DNA of 64,000 bases, from assembly GCA_009602735.1 (NCBI GenBank), contig WELA01003365.1, forward strand, positions 1-64,000, given 5' to 3'. The notes under the pieces are model-generated. The model saw only the letters and a program-made list of their open reading frames with translations. It made no database searches and was not told where the DNA came from. This document shows, in pieces, positions 59,256-64,000 of this stretch. Both the position numbers and the translations under genes were made by a program. The stretch comes from Mesotaenium endlicherianum (lineage: Eukaryota). Position 1 is the first letter of the stretch, and each line of letters starts with the position of its first letter.

Positions 59256-62200
59256 TTATGGAGGGACTCCAGCGGCCCGAAGGTGGAACCGTGTCAACGC
59301 CCCTTTGGCATTGGTCAAGTGGTCCTTAAACTCCCAAGTGTCCCCAGAGGCATCGTAACCCTTCCATCGAATGAGGTATTTCATGACATATTTAGACGAT
59401 CGACGGACCGAGCGAGCGTCTAAAATCTCATCGACCTCATATTCCTCAGGGTCGCCGTCCCGGACAGCGGGGACCGGTCCCGGTTGGACAGGGAACCGAC
59501 CTGTGAACAGTGTATCACCTTTGATGTACGGTTCCAGGAAGGAGACATTAAAGACCGGGTGCCCCTTGTATTCAGCTGACATGTTCAGTTTGTAAGCATT
59601 CTGACCGACACGACGGACCACCGAATATGGACCGACCCAGACAGGGCCAAGCTTTTTCTTGACCACACCAGGGAGGTACAGGTGCTGAGAATGCAGTTTG
59701 ACTAAATCCCCCTTGGAAAATGTCAGTTCCCGACGGTGTTGATTAGCGTATTTTTGTTGGTTTTCTTGGGCCGTGTGCAAGTTTCGTTGGACTTCTGACA
59801 GGGTGTCAGCAAACTCCTGAGTTAACTGGAGGGAGACCGGGTTGTCAATCCCTTCAGGGTGAGTTAAAGATTCCCCTAGCACATCTAGAGGAGACTTAGG
59901 GACTCTACCCAGGCTGAGTTCAAAAGGAGTTTTGCCCGTTGACGCGTGCACCGCACTGTTGACCGCAAACTGAATTTGAGGCAACAGGTCATCCCAATTA
60001 TCTTGTTTTTGGTTAATATATGCTCTCAGCACCTCCTGCAGAACTTGGTTAGTTCTTTCAGTCTGCCCATCAGTCTGAGGGTGGTTTGCTGTGCTGAGCA
60101 GCTGTTTGACTCCCATTAACCCCATTAAAGCTCTCCAGAACTTAAAGGTGAACTTTGAGTCTCTGTCTGAGATGATATGAGAAGGTAACCCATGTTGGCA
60201 TACTACATGGTTGTAAAACTGTCTCGCTGTTTTGAGTGCAGTCACTTTGACAGTTGTGAGGATAAAAATGACCATTTTTGTCAATTTATCCACGACTACC
60301 AGTATTGAATCATGCCCGTTGGCAGTTCTTGGTAGTGAGACCACCCAGTCCATGGATATAGTTTCCCAGCGTCCCGCTGGGATGGGTAGCGGTTGCAAGA
60401 GACCTCCGGGTGGTGTGTGCCGAGACTTATTTCTCTGACACTGGTCACAGGACTTGACATATTTCAAGACCTCCCGGGGTAACCCCTCCCAATGATAATG
60501 TTTTGCCAGTTTGCCAACAGTTTTGGCCTGCCCCAAATGTCCACCCAGGAGACTGTCATGAGCTTGACTCAGTAAGAGAGACCTTATTTCCAAGTTATTA
60601 GGAATGACCAGCTTCAGCCTGCCTGAAGTGGTTTCAGTCACCCAGACCCCTCCCTTGAGCTTATACCCGAGTGCAGTAGCACGACACACACCAGTAGTGG
60701 GGCTGGGCTCAAATGTTGGGTCAGAAAGGTAGGCTTTCCTAAGTTGTTCAAGGAAGGACTTTTTCACCTTTAGTGAAGTGAGTGCACACAGGACTTTATC
60801 TACAGCATGCTGACTAAAGTTCCTTTCTTGCAAGTCAGGTCTTCTAGAGAGTGCATCAGCAGGATTCAACTTCCCTGGTTTGTAGTCGATCTGGACTTGG
60901 AACTGCTCCAGCATCTGGCTCCAGCGGTTCTCCCTCCTCGACAGCTTGGACTTCTTCTGAAAGTGGGTCAGAGCTAGATGATCTGTAATCACCTTAAAAG
61001 CTTTACCATGTAAGTATGCTCTCCACTGTTTGAGTACATGAATGATAGCTAGCAGCTCTTTATCATGCACTGAGTAATTAATCTCCGCTGGATTAAATTT
61101 CATAGACTCATACAACACAGGATGCCACTCCTGCCGTACCTTACCATCCTTTGTGGTTTTGTCAGCAGGCTGCAACAAAATAGCACCCATGGCAAAATCA
61201 GAGGCATCAGTAACCACCTGCACCGGTTTGCTGGGGTCATACACGGCTAGCACTGGGGCAGAACAAAGGGCATCTTTAAGGGTCTGGAAGGCAGCCTGCT
61301 GCTCTTCCCCCCACACATACCCGATGTCTTTCTTAGTAAGGTCAGTCAGTTTACTGGCCTTTGTGGAATAATTCTCAATAAATCTCCTATAGTAGTTAGC
61401 CAACCCGAGGAAGGATCTAACTTCAGAGACAGACTGTGGTACTGGCCAGTCCCTTATGGTCTGGACTTTCTTAGGATCCACACTGATGCCCTCTTTACTG
61501 ACAACGTGGCCTAAGAATTCAATACTTTCCTTAAAGAAATCACACTTGCTCATTTTAGCATACAAGTGATTTTTCCGCAGAGTGTCCAGCACTTTCTTTA
61601 AGTGTTCAGTGTGCTGAGCTTCATCTTTAGAGAAAATTAAAATATCATCCAGGAAAACTTGCACAAACTTATCCAAATAAGGTCTGAAAATGTCATTCAT
61701 AGCACCCATAAAGGTAGCAGGAGCATTAGTCAGTCCAAATGGCATCACGTTGAACTCATAATGTCCATAACGTGTGCGGAAAGCAGTCTTGTGTTCATCC
61801 CCCTCAGCAATTCTGATTTGATGATAACCACTCTTGAGATCTATCTTACTGAACACCTTAGCGCCAGACAGGCTATCAAGCAAGTCCTTGATATTGGGTA
61901 AAGCATACTTGTTCTTTACTATAATTCTGTTCAGGGCTCTGTAATCCACACACATCCGCATACTGCCATCCTTTTTCTTAACAAATAGGATAGGTGCGCC
62001 GTACGGTGATTTACTGGGAGAAATGTAACCATTTTCCACCAGCTCTGCAATCTGTGTTTTCAACTCCTCACTCTCCACATAAGACAAGCCATACGTGTGT
62101 TGCCAGGGTGGCTGGCTACCAGGTAATAAATCAATCCTATGATCTACTTCCCGCTTAGGGGGTAGTCCTGGAGGCATATTAAACACATCCGTGTACTGAG

Positions 62201-63065
62201 CAACAATGTTTGCAGCAGTAGGGTGTTCCGGAGGGTGTACCTTTTTCTCAACCACTTCTTCAGGTTGAGGAGGTACCTCTCTTAGCAGCAGACAGAACAT
62301 TCTGTCTTCCTTCTGGTTCCAGCTTTTGACGAACTCCATTGCATTCAGCAACTTGCATCCTTCTGGAAGCCTCTTCTTTTCCTTCATTTGCCATCCACAC
62401 AGGACAAGAGGAAGAGCACTGGTGGGTGCCAAGTCAGTCTGCCCATCACTGGCTCCTCTCACTTTAACTGTACCTCTGCTCCAACACACTTCAGCTTGAT
62501 GTCTATTAAGCCAGGACCTGCCTAGCACGAGATCATAAAAGCCAGTGTTGAGTACCTCAAATGTAAGCGTTTCAGTTAGAACTGCAATGCCAGAACCTAA
62601 CTGGACCTCAATAGGCTTGGTTATAACTCCTCCCGGGATACTTGAGGCATCTCCAAGGAATATTTTTCTATTCCCTTGGGTGACAGTAGGCAGCCTTAGC
62701 CGCTTAACTAAGTCCTTGTGGATAAAAGTATGTGACGCCCCTCCGTCAACAAATGCCCTCACCTTCCTACCTGCAATCATGCAATGCAGTAGGATAGGGG
62801 GGACTGTCTTTTCCTGACTTTCGCATTGTTCTCCTGACGTAGCAAAGAAATGTTGGACATCAGGTGGAACAAGAGCATCCAGAGTGTGCACTCTCTGGAC
62901 GTCTATATTGCTGATGGTCTCCTTTATCTGGTTGTCAGGCATGCATAGTGAATCCAGTTCAGCAGGACCCATAATACCTGCTACGAGGGCAGCTAGTGAC
63001 GACTCACTATCTCTAGCATCCTCACAGTCAGTAGACTGGATTACTGACTGTTGCTGTCTTTTAAA
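59256..63065 (-). CDS. pol: Pol polyprotein (protease, RT, RNase H, integrase, chromodomain), probably entered by -1 frameshift at 63059-63065
   Basis: [10 protein letters not shown] protease, [46 protein letters not shown]ase H, H..H..CDQC plus D,D,E integrase, GPY, and [20 protein letters not shown] chromodomain. The frame is open for more than 1238 codons. Confidence 0.96.
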   Translation of the reverse strand, partial: FKRQQQSVIQSTDCEDARDSESSLAALVAGIMGPAELDSLCMPDNQIKETISNIDVQRVHTLDALVPPDVQHFFATSGEQCESQEKTVPPILLHCMIAGRKVRAFVDGGASHTFIHKDLVKRLRLPTVTQGNRKIFLGDASSIPGGVITKPIEVQLGSGIAVLTETLTFEVLNTGFYDLVLGRSWLNRHQAEVCWSRGTVKVRGASDGQTDLAPTSALPLVLCGWQMKEKKRLPEGCKLLNAMEFVKSWNQKEDRMFCLLLREVPPQPEEVVEKKVHPPEHPTAANIVAQYTDVFNMPPGLPPKREVDHRIDLLPGSQPPWQHTYGLSYVESEELKTQIAELVENGYISPSKSPYGAPILFVKKKDGSMRMCVDYRALNRIIVKNKYALPNIKDLLDSLSGAKVFSKIDLKSGYHQIRIAEGDEHKTAFRTRYGHYEFNVMPFGLTNAPATFMGAMNDIFRPYLDKFVQVFLDDILIFSKDEAQHTEHLKKVLDTLRKNHLYAKMSKCDFFKESIEFLGHVVSKEGISVDPKKVQTIRDWPVPQSVSEVRSFLGLANYYRRFIENYSTKASKLTDLTKKDIGYVWGEEQQAAFQTLKDALCSAPVLAVYDPSKPVQVVTDASDFAMGAILLQPADKTTKDGKVRQEWHPVLYESMKFNPAEINYSVHDKELLAIIHVLKQWRAYLHGKAFKVITDHLALTHFQKKSKLSRRENRWSQMLEQFQVQIDYKPGKLNPADALSRRPDLQERNFSQHAVDKVLCALTSLKVKKSFLEQLRKAYLSDPTFEPSPTTGVCRATALGYKLKGGVWVTETTSGRLKLVIPNNLEIRSLLLSQAHDSLLGGHLGQAKTVGKLAKHYHWEGLPREVLKYVKSCDQCQRNKSRHTPPGGLLQPLPIPAGRWETISMDWVVSLPRTANGHDSILVVVDKLTKMVIFILTTVKVTALKTARQFYNHVVCQHGLPSHIISDRDSKFTFKFWRALMGLMGVKQLLSTANHPQTDGQTERTNQVLQEVLRAYINQKQDNWDDLLPQIQFAVNSAVHASTGKTPFELSLGRVPKSPLDVLGESLTHPEGIDNPVSLQLTQEFADTLSEVQRNLHTAQENQQKYANQHRRELTFSKGDLVKLHSQHLYLPGVVKKKLGPVWVGPYSVVRRVGQNAYKLNMSAEYKGHPVFNVSFLEPYIKGDTLFTGRFPVQPGPVPAVRDGDPEEYEVDEILDARSVRRSSKYVMKYLIRWKGYDASGDTWEFKDHLTNAKGALTRFHLRAAGVPP

Positions 63066-63997
63066 GGCTGGTCTTTTCTCTCGACCTTAGGCAGGTGCTT
63101 GACCGGACACTGTTCTCTGTAGTGGCCTTTCTGTTGACAATGGTAGCAAGTAGATTTTGCTGAGGTTGGTCTCGGCTTAGTCCTACCACCACCCCTTCCA
63201 TAGCCACCTCGAGAGGGACCACCTCTACCTCTAGACTGAATAGCATTGTACTCATACTCATATTCATCACCCTGATTATCCTCAGCCTAGTCTCCTTCAA
63301 CTGCATTGTAGGAACCGGGGGGCTTTTTGACAATCTTAGACACCAAAGCGTTACTCTGGCGCTTGTGATTGAACTGCTGCTGATCCCAGGCGTCAGCATC
63401 CTTGATCAAGTCAGCCAGTTTCTCATACTTTTTCTCAGCAAAATGACCAGAGACCTCGGATTTCAAGCCATACCTGAAGTATGCTATCCTATACCGTTCT
63501 GGCAAATCAGGCTGCTTCATCATGTTCTCTTGGAACTTTTGAGCAAACTCAGCAACTGAAGTGGTCTGCTTCAGTGTCAGGGAGATCATCGCATAGATAG
63601 CTTTCTCCTGCTGGTTGATGACATCAAACTTCTCATGCAACTTCTCGACAAACTCTACCCACGTAGGGTCACCGAGTTGCCGAGCCTTACGCTCTTCCTT
63701 CCAGTAAAGCCACCAGTCTGCGGCACTGCCTTTCAGTAGCGCACCGGTGTGCCTGACCTTCTCGTAATCTTGCAGTTCTGGGTAGTTCTCCAGCCACTGC
63801 TCAACATCCGCGAGAAACTTGATCAGGTAATATTTTCTGTTTCCCTCAGGATCATAGTCCTGGGGAGGTTTCGGCTTGGGCTTACTAGGCCCTCGGCCAC
63901 CACCACTAGTGGTGTGAGACCCCAGTTGGTCTCTGTCCCGGAGTAGGGACATTATGATTCTTTTGTCCTCCTGCTGGGACTGATACATGGTCGCCAT
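63041..63997 (-). CDS. gag: Gag (capsid plus CCHC nucleocapsid) with an in-frame TAG at 63287-63289; may extend beyond the window
   Basis: [43 protein letters not shown]. The same frame continues after the TAG to [14 protein letters not shown] and a TAA at 63041-63043. Confidence 0.9.
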
Positions 63998-64000
63998 TTG

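Larger units (their letters stand above)
56479..64000 (-). mobile_element. Ty3/gypsy chromovirus LTR retrotransposon; 5' end lies outside the window
   Basis: gag, then PR-RT-RNaseH-IN-chromodomain order, polypurine tract and 3' LTR. Confidence 0.95.

Overview
Eukaryotic, intron-rich genomic DNA. The proteins are land-plant-like, introns are GC-rich and full of microsatellites, and assembly N-gaps mostly sit at poly-G/C runs, so a streptophyte alga is my inference. Genes reconstructed by hand from splice phases, left to right: 5'-truncated NAA60-like N-acetyltransferase (+); CYP59/PPIL4 cyclophilin-RRM-Zn-knuckle gene (-), which lacks one exon and carries a foreign CLU/FRIENDLY exon; MIA40 (+); an ankyrin-repeat gene with an unassigned N-terminal domain (-); a 13-exon SKOR/GORK-type K+ channel (+); a Mutator-like MITE; FAHD1 (+). 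A tandem duplication then left a FAHD1 pseudogene and two intact copies of a secreted, bacterial-type PstS phosphate-binding protein with uninterrupted CDSs (-). The window ends with a decayed multi-exon gene interrupted by a Ty3/gypsy chromovirus that has a -1 frameshift signal, two polypurine tracts and extra sense-strand ORFs. Most notable: the eukaryotic PstS pair, the chromovirus extra ORFs, and many introns with C-rich 5' ends and G-rich 3' ends that can base-pair. Homologies are recalled motif matches, not database searches.
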